In this document: positions 24,546 to 35,102 of the stretch, in pieces
Position numbering within the stretch: the first letter of the stretch is position 1
Layout: each line of letters starts with the position of its first letter
DNA from: Malacoraja senta
Taxonomy: Eukaryota
DNA length: 64,000 nucleotides
Reading direction: 5' to 3'
NCBI GenBank assembly: GCA_038087875.1
Contig: CM075988.1
Location: 27,592,001 to 27,656,000 of the forward strand
Position numbers and translations under genes: made by a program
Notes under the pieces: generated by a model
Databases searched by the model: none
Told to the model about the DNA's origin: nothing
The model's input: the letters and a program-made list of their open reading frames with translations, nothing else

Positions 24546-27264
24546 GCTAATGACTCTTCTTCAGTGTGGAAGGGCTTGCAAGAAATCAGCAGCTACAAGA
24601 GGAAAACCCCCCGCTTCTTGGACAATCGTCAGTGGACCAATGACCTGAATGAGTTCTACTGCAGGTTTGATAGACAGAAACATAACCCCATTACCCCCTC
24701 CCTCTCTCCCCAACCCACTCCCACGCAATCGTCACTTCACACCTACTTACAGCCTGACCAGTCTGCAAAGACTGGACCCTTCCCCAATCAACCTAGGCCT
24801 GCACTTCAACCTCCAGCACCTAGACCGCCAGGGGACCTATGCAAGGATTTTGTTTGTGGATTTTAGCTCTGCATTCAACACCATTGTGCCAGAGCTAGTA
24901 CACTCCAAACTCTCCCAGTTGACTGTGTCAATGAATCACCAACTTCCTGACAGACAGGAAGCAGTATGTGAGGCTGGGAAAGCACATCTCGGACCCGCTG
25001 ACCCATAGCCTAGGAGTACCGCAAGGCTGTGTACTGTCCCCTCTCCATTACTCTCTCTACACTAACGAATGCACCTCCACAGACTCCTCCGTCAAACTTC
25101 ACAAGTTTGCGGACGACACAACCCTGATTGGACTGATGCAAGATGGGGAGGAATCTGCCTACAATCAGGAAGTGACACAGCTGCCATCCTGGTGCCATCC
25201 CCCTCCTCTCCCCCCTCTCACCATCAACAACACCACAGTCACATGTGTGGAGTTATTTAAATTCCTTGGAACCATCATCTCCAGGGACCTTAAATGGGAG
25301 GCCACCATTGACTCCACAGTCAGAAAGGCCCAATAGAGGATGTACTTCCTGCAGCAGCTGAGGAAACACAATCTACCACAGGCAATGATGGTCCAGTTTT
25401 ATACTGCAATCATAGAGTCTGTCCTCACCTTCTCCATCATGGTCTGGTTTGGCTCAGCCACCAAGCAAGACATCCGGAGCTGCAGCGCATCGTTCGATCA
25501 GCCGAGAAGGTTGTTGGCTGCAACATTCCCCCCATCAATGAACTGTACACTGCAAGGGCCAGGAAGCGAGCGGGTAAGATCATCTCTGAACCCTCTCACC
25601 CTGGCCACAAACTCTTTGTAGCACTTCCCTCTGGAAGGCGACTCCGGACTGTGAAAGCCGCCACAGCCAGACATAAAAACAACTTTTTTCTACGAGCAGT
25701 AGCTCTACTCAATAACCAAAAGTCTGTAGCCTACTTTTGCTCTGGTATTTTATTTCATTCTTCACATGTTTAAGTTCTAATGATTTATTTTTAATTGTCC
25801 ACTGTATATCGTGTTGTTACTTACGAGCAAAGCACCAAAACATATTCCTTGTATGTATATATACTTGGTAATAAAATGTATTCAATTCAATTCAATTCAA
25901 TTCAAATTTATTCAATGATCAAGTTCTATTCCTGCTCCAATTATCCTACTTTTTTTCTGGCAGGGAAATGTAAGGGGCATGAATGAAGAGTAAAAATACA
26001 GTTTAAAAATGACATGTTTAATTGACAGTTTAATGACTGAAGAAACACAGCTCCACATTTATGAATATTCACTTTCTGAATAAGAGAGATTGATTTAGCA
26101 TAATTAAGATTTAGCACGTGCTGAAAACAATATTAGGATTGACATATCAAGATTCAACTCTCTGTGACATTTACTTTCTTTCTGCTGTGTAAATGCAGCC
26201 AATTCACATCATTCAACGTATTTTAATTTGAGCCAGAGAGTGAATTTCTTTCTTTGTGAAGCTAACAATACAACAACACATGCACTTAACAATTTTCGTA
26301 TTTTTGAATTTGATGCAGCATCTGTTTCTCACCTAACTTTGCTAACGCAATTGTGCAGAAATAATAGCAGGTTCAATTGGCCTTACTGACATCTTTTGGT
26401 ATGTAAATTCTGCACATATCACTCACCTGTCTATCTCCCTCTGTTGGACGATTGCAAAACGATGTAATGTTCTGTGCAGTAAATTCATTGATTTTTCAAT
26501 TCCAGTAGAGACTCACAAGACAGTTTATGACTCTGCACTTAATTCTCCCATCACGTTTCTGTTAAATAGGCTTTTACGTAAGAGAATCATCAAACAAGCT
26601 ATCACTTTATGCCAAAAATAGATTGTAGGTCTACAAAATCCCATCCATTACAATTGATTTGATAATTATATATCATAATCAATTATTGACTATTTTGTGC
26701 AATATAATTCAGAACGATGATGTTGGCTATATCTTTGTAGAATCTGCCAAGTTGGAATGAATAGCTCTGATCCTTTAGAACATTTCATTCTCAAATAACA
26801 CATCTTCGTGCCTCAGACTGACTTTTGCCAAGAACTCATCTGAAATTTCTGGCAATGAGATAATGTTAGTTGTGCTATTGGCCATCTGCCTCTGCTGACA
26901 GGTGCTGAAAAATTGCAGTGCACCCATAGCTGCATTGTGAGGAAGTGATTCAACTTACAAAGTTGAATAAGCTTTCTTTTAAGTTCACCTTATTTACTTG
27001 ACTCACAATCTGATTTTTAGACTGATTTACTCTTGTTTTGCTCCTTGAATGAGTAATCTCTATTTCCAGCAGCAGTCATGGGTGTTTGCTTCGGTTTGCA
27101 AGTATAGCTATATATCCCATAATTCTTCTGCTTGTGTCGTTTGGATTGAATTATTTATATATTTTTTCATCAGTACCCTGCTAAAAGTGCACTATTCTGT
27201 TGCAATAAATCTTGCAATATTTTAAGAACATCTGGAAATTTGCTTTGTACCCTAAAAGAGTAGT

Positions 27265-27530
27265 CCACCGAGTTTGTGCCGACCAGCGATTCCCCGTACA
27301 CTAGCACTATTCTACACACGAGGAACAATTTACAATCTTTACCGAAGCCAATTAACCTACAAACCTGTATATCTTTGGGGTGTAGGAGGAAACCGGAACA
27401 CCCGGAGAAAACCCACGTGTTCACAGGGAGAACATACAAACTCCGTACAACCAGCACCCGCAGTCAAGACCGAACCCAGTTCTTTGGTGCTGTACGGCAG
27501 AAACACTGCCGCTATGTCACCATGCCGCCC
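27265..27530 (-). mobile_element. tRNA-derived V-SINE (HE1-like)
   Basis: Minus strand GGGCGGCATGGTGACATAGCGG...GGGTTCGGTCTTGAC head, followed by the V-domain-like GTGGGTTTTCTCCGGGTGTTCCGGTTTCCTCC. Confidence 0.8.
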
Positions 27531-27964
27531 ACAATAAATCCATGCTCTTGTTACTATCAGCATCTATTTGCAAAATCCAGGATGCCATCTGTTTACTTGT
27601 GATGCCTTGCCAGTGTTCTCCTACAGTTAATCTCCAGAGTCTCTTCCTTCTCTTTTATTGAAGTGTTACCATTTATCACATACACCACATTCCTATCAAC
27701 AGCTTTTAGCTCATATTTTCCCACTAAATTTCATTGCTGATGCATGTTGTCCTGGCCCTCTTTACATGGTCAGTTATGGATCAGCAGTAGCACGGATGTT
27801 TCTGAGTTAGAAGATTGTGGGTTAAGTCCTGCTCCAGAGTCCTAAGCATGATTGATTGGAACTTTAGTGCAATCAAATAAAGGTATTGCTTTATCAGAGA
27901 ATTTGTTATCATATAGATAAAATATTAAACTGAAGTCCCATTGATCTTATGTGTGAAGTGTTGG

Positions 27965-28190
27965 AATAAACTGGCGGGTCAGGTAGCATCTCTGGAGGAC
28001 ATAGATAAGCAACATTTTGGGTCGGGGCTCTTCTTCAGCTAAGTGACCTGAAACACCACTTACCCAGTCTGAAGAAGGTCCCGTTTGTAATGTTGCTTAA
28101 CCATATCCTCCAGAGATGCTGCCTGACCTGCTGAGTTACTCCAGCGCTTAGTGTATTGCTCAAGATTCCAGCATCTGCAGTTCATTGTGT
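27965..28190. repeat. Inverted pair of Penelope-derived terminal repeats (long hairpin)
   Basis: GGGTCAGGTAGCATCTCTGGAGGA...TTCTTCAG on the left is the reverse complement of CTGAAGAAG...TCCTCCAGAGATGCTGCCTGACC on the right. Confidence 0.7.
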
Positions 28191-28334
28191 CCCATTTATC
28201 ATTGCAGATGATGATAAAGGATCCTGTGATAGTATTGATAGGCCAACAGCATAGAACTCCATTGTGACCCAGCCAGTCCTTATGATTCAACCAACTTGTA
28301 AGGCACATGATTTGATAATTTCTTTTATTTCTCT

Positions 28335-28460
28335 TGTGGGAGTTTGTTATCCACAAATTGTTCACTGTATACCGTGTTGTTATCCTTGCGAGCAAAGCAC
28401 CAAGGCAAATTCCTTGTGTATATACATACTTGGCTAATAAAATGTATTCAATATTCAAGA
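28335..28460 (+). mobile_element. Rex1-type LINE 3'-end fragment
   Basis: Near copy of 25790-25890 (GAGCAAAGCACCAA...TTCCTTGT...ATACTTGG.TAATAAAATGTATTCAA). Confidence 0.7.
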
Positions 28461-28490
28461 AAATGTTCAAATTTCCATTCTTCCCATCAT

Positions 28491-28680
28491 GATAAGACTT
28501 TGCCTTCCATCACAGTGAGGAGGAGATTCGCTGTGATGGATGTTTGTGTAAATTGTGTTGTGTCTTGGTTCTTTTTACTTGTTTGTATGACTGCAGAAAC
28601 CAAATTTCGTTTGAACTTCATTTGAGGTTCAAATGACAATAAATGGTATTGTATTGTATTGTATTGTATTGTATTGTATG
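28491..28680 (+). mobile_element. 3' part of a non-autonomous retroelement with a (TATTG)n tail (same family as 48569-49247)
   Basis: AAGACTTTGCCTTCCATCACA...GACTGCAGAAAC..AATTTCGTTTGAA...GGTTCAAATGACAATAAA is shared with 49084-49230. Confidence 0.75.
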
Positions 28681-30268
28681 TTGTCTATCTCCAATACTTC
28701 CTCTACTTCCTCAACTTCTCTATAATAATTTCTCGGGTAGATTCTGTCAACTAATACTTATTGATCCAATATCTATCTTGATTACAATTTCTCTGACCCA
28801 TTTCCTATACTGTTTATTTCCATGGTTTCCTTTTTTCATCTATTCTGAAGTTGCCACCTTCCACGACATAGCTTTTGATATATCTTTTGTGTTCTTCACT
28901 CAGCAATACCCCTCCACTGTGAATGATCAGACTTCTTGTCGCCATCAAGCCGATCTCTTGCAAGATTGTTCTCATTCCTCTTGCTCTCAGAACCATAGTA
29001 CAATTCCTCTTGTTACCAACCTTTACAATCAATTGCTCATCTTTCACTGTTTCTACTACCCCCATTTCCTTATTTCTAGGAGACACTCTCCATGCAACAC
29101 TCTGGCTCATATTTCCATCAGCATCTACAACTTCCAGCTTCTCGTGCAATAACAAGCAACACAGTATCTCCATTTCACCTTCTTCAATCTCATCAGGAGC
29201 CCCAAATACTCCTTCCAGGTGATTTCGTGATTTACCTGTAACTTTTTCCATTTATGCCCTTTTGGCAGTTGACATTCAGGATGCAGTCTCTATAGTGAGG
29301 AGATCAAATACAGATTGGGTGATAATTTTAACAAATACCTTCCAATGATCTTCATTCTTGTACCCAAAACTCTGTGGTGATTTCTTAATTCTCTACTCTG
29401 CTCAGACTTTCCTCTCGTTCCTCAGCCACAAGGGTCAGCACCTAATCTTTGACTCAGCATTTTAGACCATCCTGGAATCAAAATTAATTTTATTTCTCAA
29501 CCTCCACACCAATGTTTTCGGAGAGCAGGTGATGGTAACAATTTGGCTGTTGCTATTTATTGCTGTTCTAAACCCAGCTTTTGTTTCTTTACTTATTCTT
29601 CTTGACATTTAATCACTCCTGCCTACTTCCTTTCACAGAGATTGTTATTCTTCTCCTCAAATGCCTTCCCCATTCTTGTAACTTATTTAAAACCTGTAAT
29701 AACAGCAACGTACGTATTCTTGTTTCTTGAAAGGTGATCAACTTGAAATAATAATCGAATCTCCCTTCACAGAAACTGTTGATCCACTAAATAGTTGCAG
29801 CATTTTCTAGTTATATTATGAAATCTATGATCTTAAAGAAATAAATGTGTAGAATATACTTTGTGATGATCTTATCACTTCAACCAAGACACACCTCTCT
29901 GCTCCTTGGGAGAGAGTGCATTCCACTTTGCATTACTGTGTAACTGTTGAATCATCCACTCCCTTTAAGAAATGTGTGTAGTTTGAAAATATTTATGTTC
30001 TTCTTTATCTATACAGCATTCTTGGATTGGAGAATGGGCAAATAACACATTTCAAAGCTTCTGCTAATGACATATTTGGGTTAGTAGTTAAAAAGTCCAA
30101 TAGTAACCTGTAATAGTTTTTGGTCTGATTTCCTTTCAACTTTATGAGGACATGCTGAATACAAACCTGCGACTTAGCAAAATTGAACTTTTAATATTAT
30201 GTAGAAGTCAAAGGCTGGGATGGGGTCAAAAGTTCAGGTAAGATAAACTGATAAGTGCACACATGAGT

Positions 30269-30579
30269 AGGAAGGATTTCTAGCGGAGGTAGTTCGGGGA
30301 TAGGGCCAGTGTACGCCTGGAGCAGGGCACTGCAAAGAGGCAGGCATAGCTGGGGCTCATGCGAATGCCCATAGCTATGCCTTGAAGTTGGAGGAAGTGG
30401 GAGTAGTCGAAGGAGAAGTTGTTAAGGGTGGAGACCAGCTCTGCCAGGCGGAAGTGAGTGTTGGTAGAGAGAAATTGTCTGAAGAAGGGTCTCGACCCCA
30501 AAGATTAGTCTGAAGAAAGGTCTCGACCATTCCTTCTCTCCAGAGATGCTGCCTGCCCCACTGAGTTACTCCAGCATCT
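30269..30579. mobile_element. Penelope-like insertion: antisense RT fragment joined to sense terminal repeats with hammerhead half-sites
   Basis: Minus-strand LAELVSTLNNFSF...QLQGIAMGIRMSPSYACLF (PLE RT motif B'), then two CTGAAGAA(G/A)GGTCTCGACC copies. Flanking direct repeat TAAGTGCACACA(T/C)GAGT at 30252-30268 and 30580-30596. Confidence 0.8.
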
Positions 30580-30911
30580 TAAGTGCACACACGAGTTAGG
30601 TTCTCAACACCATCTTGGAATCTGAAGAGGAAGTTCCCTTAAAGTCACAGAGAAGCAAATGTAACAGGCATTGTGAAAACATCCTTCTTTGCTAGTGTCT
30701 CATCTACAGCTTGCACAGTTGAAGTGGCATCGAGGCAGGCATGTGGAAAGGCCCCAGAATGAAAATATTCACATTGTGCAACTTGCATAAAATCCTCATT
30801 TTCATCTGTTCCATTTTAAATCAATCTTATGGTAAACAAGAATATGGTGCTACATGATTCAGTTTTGAAGATATTATGTCCATTGACAAAACAAACCAAT
30901 ATTTAAGAATA

Positions 30912-31075
30912 TGTAGACACAAGGAACTGTAGATGATGATTAAAAAAAAAGACACAAAATGCTGGAGTAACTCAACCTGTCAGGCAACATCTCTGGAGAA
31001 CGTGGATAGGTGATATTTTGGGTCGGGACCCTTCTTCAGACTCAATACATGACATTTTGTGTCAGGACCCTTCTT
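30912..31075 (-). repeat. Penelope-derived terminal repeat, degenerate hammerhead
   Basis: GACACAAAATGCTGGAGTAACTCA...GGGTCGGGACCCTTCTTCAGACT; the GAAA box reads AAAA on the minus strand. Confidence 0.65.
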
Positions 31076-31589
31076 TGGTTTATTAATGATATGTAATGCA
31101 CAATTGCTCTTAAAATATTGCCCATCACTAACAATGCACATGCAGTAACAGGACACAATTGTTTTTTAGATAATATCTTAGATTAATCTGCATATGTAAC
31201 TCTTCTTCAAGATTCTCTTGAATCTTGAATATGTAACTCTTCTGATGATTCGCATTGGCTGATTCAAATTATTTTATTTATTTTCCAAAACAAAGTATAA
31301 GGAATCTCGCATGAACCAAACAAGAAGCACAAAACACTCTATTTGATATTCCTTCTAAAATGTAGTTTGCAAAACTGATTAATTGATGTTTCATTAATTT
31401 CTCCTAAGAGTTGTTCGTAGTGATATTTTAGCATAATGTTTGCGCAGGGACGCCAGGATTAGGGATTAAGGATGATTTTATGTTTTATACAAAAATCATA
31501 CCTTAATTTATCTTGCAGTCTGACAGTATAAATGGGACAATGCATTTTAGCACATGGATCGTGCACTTTAAACAAATGTGAGTGTCTTG

Positions 31590-31760
31590 GAGATAAGTTC
31601 ATAAGTGATAGGAGCAGAATTAGCCCATCAACTCTACTCTACCATTCAATCATGGCTGATCTATCTGTCCCACTCAACCCCATTCTCCTGCCTTCTCCCC
31701 ATAACCTGACAAACGTACTAATCAAGAATCGATCTATCTCTTGTCTTAAAAATATCCATC
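31590..31760 (-). mobile_element. CR1 3'-end fragment
   Basis: Similar to 11935-12076. Confidence 0.6.
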
Positions 31761-31804
31761 CCTTTGCAAGATATTAAACACATGTTCTAAGAGGGTGGTG
31801 CAAA

Positions 31805-32480
31805 GTTAGGCGAAGCACAAAAGACAGGAGCGACCGCCCAGGTGCGCGGGTGAAGCGGCGGCGCGCGCGGGGACCGTTGCAGCCGCGGCGGCCGCGCGCC
31901 CAACGTTCGGCTTCGGCGGCTCTCGCATCTGCGCGCGCACGCGGCAGCGGCCAAGCGGCACCAGTCCATCGCCCACGACTCTGCGCTCCGGCACCGTGAG
32001 GGGAGGGGGGGGAGGGGGGTGGGGGGGAAGATAGCGCAGCATTAAACACGCCGGCTGGAAGGAATTATAATCAATCGCCGTGTCAGTTTTTGTCTTCATT
32101 TCAAAAGGGGTTGGTGGGGGTGGGGGTGGGGGTGGGGGAAGGGGGAAATAAATTAGAATAACATGGCTTTCGCCAACCCGGGTCACATCATCCCTCAGCT
32201 GAAGCTGGAGGACGCGGCTGAGGACAGTTTGTTCAAGAACATTTCGCTGAGGTCCCTCCAGCAGGTCCAGCATCTGAGGAACAAAACGCCTTCCCCGGTC
32301 GGCTCCAGGCAATTCAGGTAGGAGAGACTAGAGTGGGCTCGAACCCGCTGGGTTCTCCAGGGCTCAGGTGGAAGTGGAGAGAGGAGGGGATGGGGGTTGG
32401 TTACTCTGGTGTTGCTGGTGTACTTTACAAATGGCAAAACGCGGCAGTTCCCAAGCCGTGTTAAGATCACCAGGCGTGAA
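31805..32480 (+). promoter_or_regulatory. CpG island / probable promoter and first exon of a host gene
   Basis: Non-repetitive, very GC- and CpG-rich patch (GCGGCGGCGCGCGCGGGG, GCCGCGGCGGCCGCGCGC) in AT-rich, CpG-depleted surroundings; G-tracts at 31998-32027 and 32107-32145. Confidence 0.8.
32163..32317 (+). CDS. Probable first coding exon of an unidentified host gene (MAFANPGHIIPQLKLEDAAEDSLFKNISLRSLQQVQHLRNKTPSPVGSRQF, phase-2 donor)
   Basis: Strong Kozak context AACATGG inside the CpG island; GC3-rich codon usage; ends at CAG|GTAGGA, and an in-frame TAG follows immediately if the donor is not used. Confidence 0.65.
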
Positions 32481-33626
32481 TTGGAATTATTTTGGAATTA
32501 TGCTAAACTTTTAGTTTGACAAGTTGGTTTGACAGGTCAGCTTTTGTTTTCATCGCGTGCTCCAGAAAGTGTTGGATCTAACACTCCTTGAAATAACAAT
32601 TTTGATCTGACCTGTAAGAATTTCATTTTAGTTACTGCCTTGTAATTATCGATCAAACAAATGCATTACACAGCTAGGTGCTGGTTTTTTTCCTAGTTGT
32701 CATCTTTTCCCAACCTCTATGATTGAGCAGCGGTACTTTCCAAATGTAGCAATGGTGATATAATTTTAGTGTGGCTATAGTTCTTAGTTGTTTAAACTAT
32801 ATATTATATGAGTTCATTCCTTAGGATCTGTTAATAATTGCAATGTGCCTTCGTGAATTGTAGTTTTCATCATTTGAGAAGATTTGTGATTTTACATCTT
32901 GTTGCCTAATAACTTTCTTCATATGTTAAGTTATTCTCCTCACTGGTATTCAATTCATATTCTGGTCCACCTGTGGCAAATTTGTGCTATTTATTATGTA
33001 ATAGAACCAAAATTGATTGCAGTTAAAATTAAAATTCCTGACCCTGCAGAATAATCCCACAACAAAGGTGTTGAAACCTTGGGGAGTAAAATAAACAATA
33101 AACTTATCCAGCCATCTTGACAGTTTATGTTTGTAAACAGATGTTCATTTTAAAGGTACCAAATTGTAACTATTTTACTGGCGCACTGATATTTCTTTCA
33201 AAACATTTGTTTGTAATTGATCCAAGGATCTACATATGTTTGAGTAGAAGAGTATTTGTTCGTAACATGCTCAATATTCTCTGGTTCAATACCTCTGAAA
33301 ATATCCTCCCTTGAATTACTAAAACAAAAGTAGTACACACAGTATGTTAGTTGACAGTATATTCTCCTGGCTGTCATTTCATTACAAATCACATTTGAAT
33401 TGATTTGCAGTAATGTTGGCAATATGATCAATTCATCAGTGCAGAAATATACATATGATGAAGTAACTGGTAACATTTAATTTCAAAGCATACCCCTGTG
33501 TGACTAAAAAGCAATATTTTAATCTGGGGGGTTGTTCTTTGCTTATGTCATCCTTGACCTGATATTGGAATACTCCTAGGTATTCATTAGTGTCATAATT
33601 TTACCAGCATGTTTTTGTAATACTGC

Positions 33627-35088
33627 TCACTCAACGTAACCCCACTTTTTAAGAAGGGAAGGAGAAAGAAAATGGGGAATTACAGACCAGTTAGTCTAAC
33701 ATCGGTAGTGGGGAAACTGCTAGTCAGTTATTAAAGATGGGATAGCAGCACATTTGGAAAGTGGTGAAATCATTGGACAAAGTCAGCATGGATTTACGAA
33801 AGGTAAATCATGTCTGACGAATCTTATAGATTTTTTCGAGGATGTAACTAGTAGAGTGGATAGGGGAGAACCAGTGGATGTGTTGTATCTGGACTTTCAG
33901 AAGGCTTTCGACAAGGTCCCACATAAGAGATTAGTATACAAACTTAAAGCACACGGTATTGGGGGTTCAGTATTGATGTGGATAGAGAACTGGCTGGCAA
34001 ACAGGAAGCAAAAAGAGTAGGAGTAAACGGGTCCTTTTCACAATGGCAGGCAGTGACTAGTGGGGTACCGCAAGGCTCAGTGCTGGGACCCCAGCTATTT
34101 ACAATTGATATTAATCATCTGGATGAGGGAATTGAAGGCAACATCTCCAAGTTTGCGGATGACACTAAGCTGGGGGGCAGTGTTAGCTGTGAGGAGGATG
34201 CTAGGAGACTGCAAGGTGACTTGGATAGGCTGGGTGAGTGGGCAAATGTTTGGCAGATGCAGTATAATGTGGATAAATATGAGGTTATCCACTTTGGTGG
34301 CAAAAACAGGAAAGCAGACTATTATCTAAATGGTGGCCGATTAGGAAAAGGGGAGATGCAGCGAGACCTGGGTGTCATGGTACACCAGTCATTGAAAGTA
34401 GGCATGCAGGTGCAGCAGGCAGTGAAGAAAGCGAATGGTATGTTAGCTTTCATAGCAAAAGGATTTGAGTATAGGAGCAGGGAGGTTCTACTGCAGTTGT
34501 ACAGGGTCTTGGTGAGATCACACCTGGAGTATTGCGTACAGTTTTGGTCTCCAAATCTGAGGAAGGACATTATAGCCATAGAGGGAGTGCAGAGAAGGTT
34601 CACCAGACTGATTCCTGGGATGTCAGGACTTTCATATGAAGAAAGACTGGATAGACTTGGCTTATACTCGCTAGAATTTAGGAGATTGAGAGGGGATCAT
34701 AGAAACGTACAAAGTTCTTATGGGGTTGGACAGGCTAGATGCAGGAAGATTGTTCCCGATGTTGGGGAAGTCCATGACAAGGGGTCACAGCTTAAGGATA
34801 AGGGGGTAATCCTTTAAGACCGAGATGAGAAAAAACGATTTCACACAGAGAGTGGTGAATCTCTGGAACTCTCTGCCACAGAGGGTAGTTCAGGCCAGTT
34901 CATTGGCTATATTTAAGAGGGAGTTAGATGTGGCCCTTGTGGCTAAAGGGATCAGGGGGTATGGAGAGAAGGCAGGTACGGGATACTGAGTTGGATGATC
35001 AGCCATGATCATATTGAATGGCGGTGCAGGCTCGAAGGGCCGAATGGCCTACTCCTGCACCTATTTTCTATGTATCTATGTATCTATA
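33627..35088 (+). mobile_element. 5'-truncated CR1 LINE (RT domain plus 3' UTR), relatively young
   Basis: SQHGFTKGKSCLTNL, YLDFQKAFDKVPH, GVPQGSVLGP, KFADDTKL, LEYCVQFWSP and LEFRRLRGD; (TATCTATG)n-type tail at about 35068-35088; a few frameshifts. Confidence 0.92.
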
Positions 35089-35102
35089 TTGATTATTATT
35101 TA

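Larger units (their letters stand above)
18478..25905 (+). mobile_element. Rex1/Babar-type LINE (APE endonuclease plus RT), decayed and internally deleted, interrupted by Gypsy element C
   Basis: LPSIFLANLRYLNNK, VLGDFN, TLDHCYT and SDHCLV (APE); FVDFSSAFNTI, GVPQGCVLSP, KFADDTTLIG and FKFLG (RT). (TTCAA)n tail at about 25881-25905. The reading frame FSAN|DSSSVWKGL rejoins across the Gypsy insertion. Confidence 0.88.

Noticed and set aside
25881..25905. Short tandem repeats (TTCAA)n, also (TATTG)n at about 28648-28677 and (TA)n at about 46748-46788
   Set aside because: Retroelement tails or simple microsatellites; there are no spacers, so this is not a CRISPR-like array.
27480..27530. tRNA-like sequence (also at 1665-1734)
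   Set aside because: These are SINE heads with degenerate boxes, not complete tRNA genes.
32163..32317. Faint resemblance of the exon peptide (DS.F..IS...L...SPVG) to the FRY/FRYL N-terminus as I recall it
   Set aside because: Too short and gapped to assign, and no downstream FRY-like exon was seen; gene symbol withheld.
31774..32470. Minus-strand Pro/Arg-rich ORFs over the CpG island
   Set aside because: By-products of high GC content and G-tracts; the plus-strand exon has better start and splice signals.
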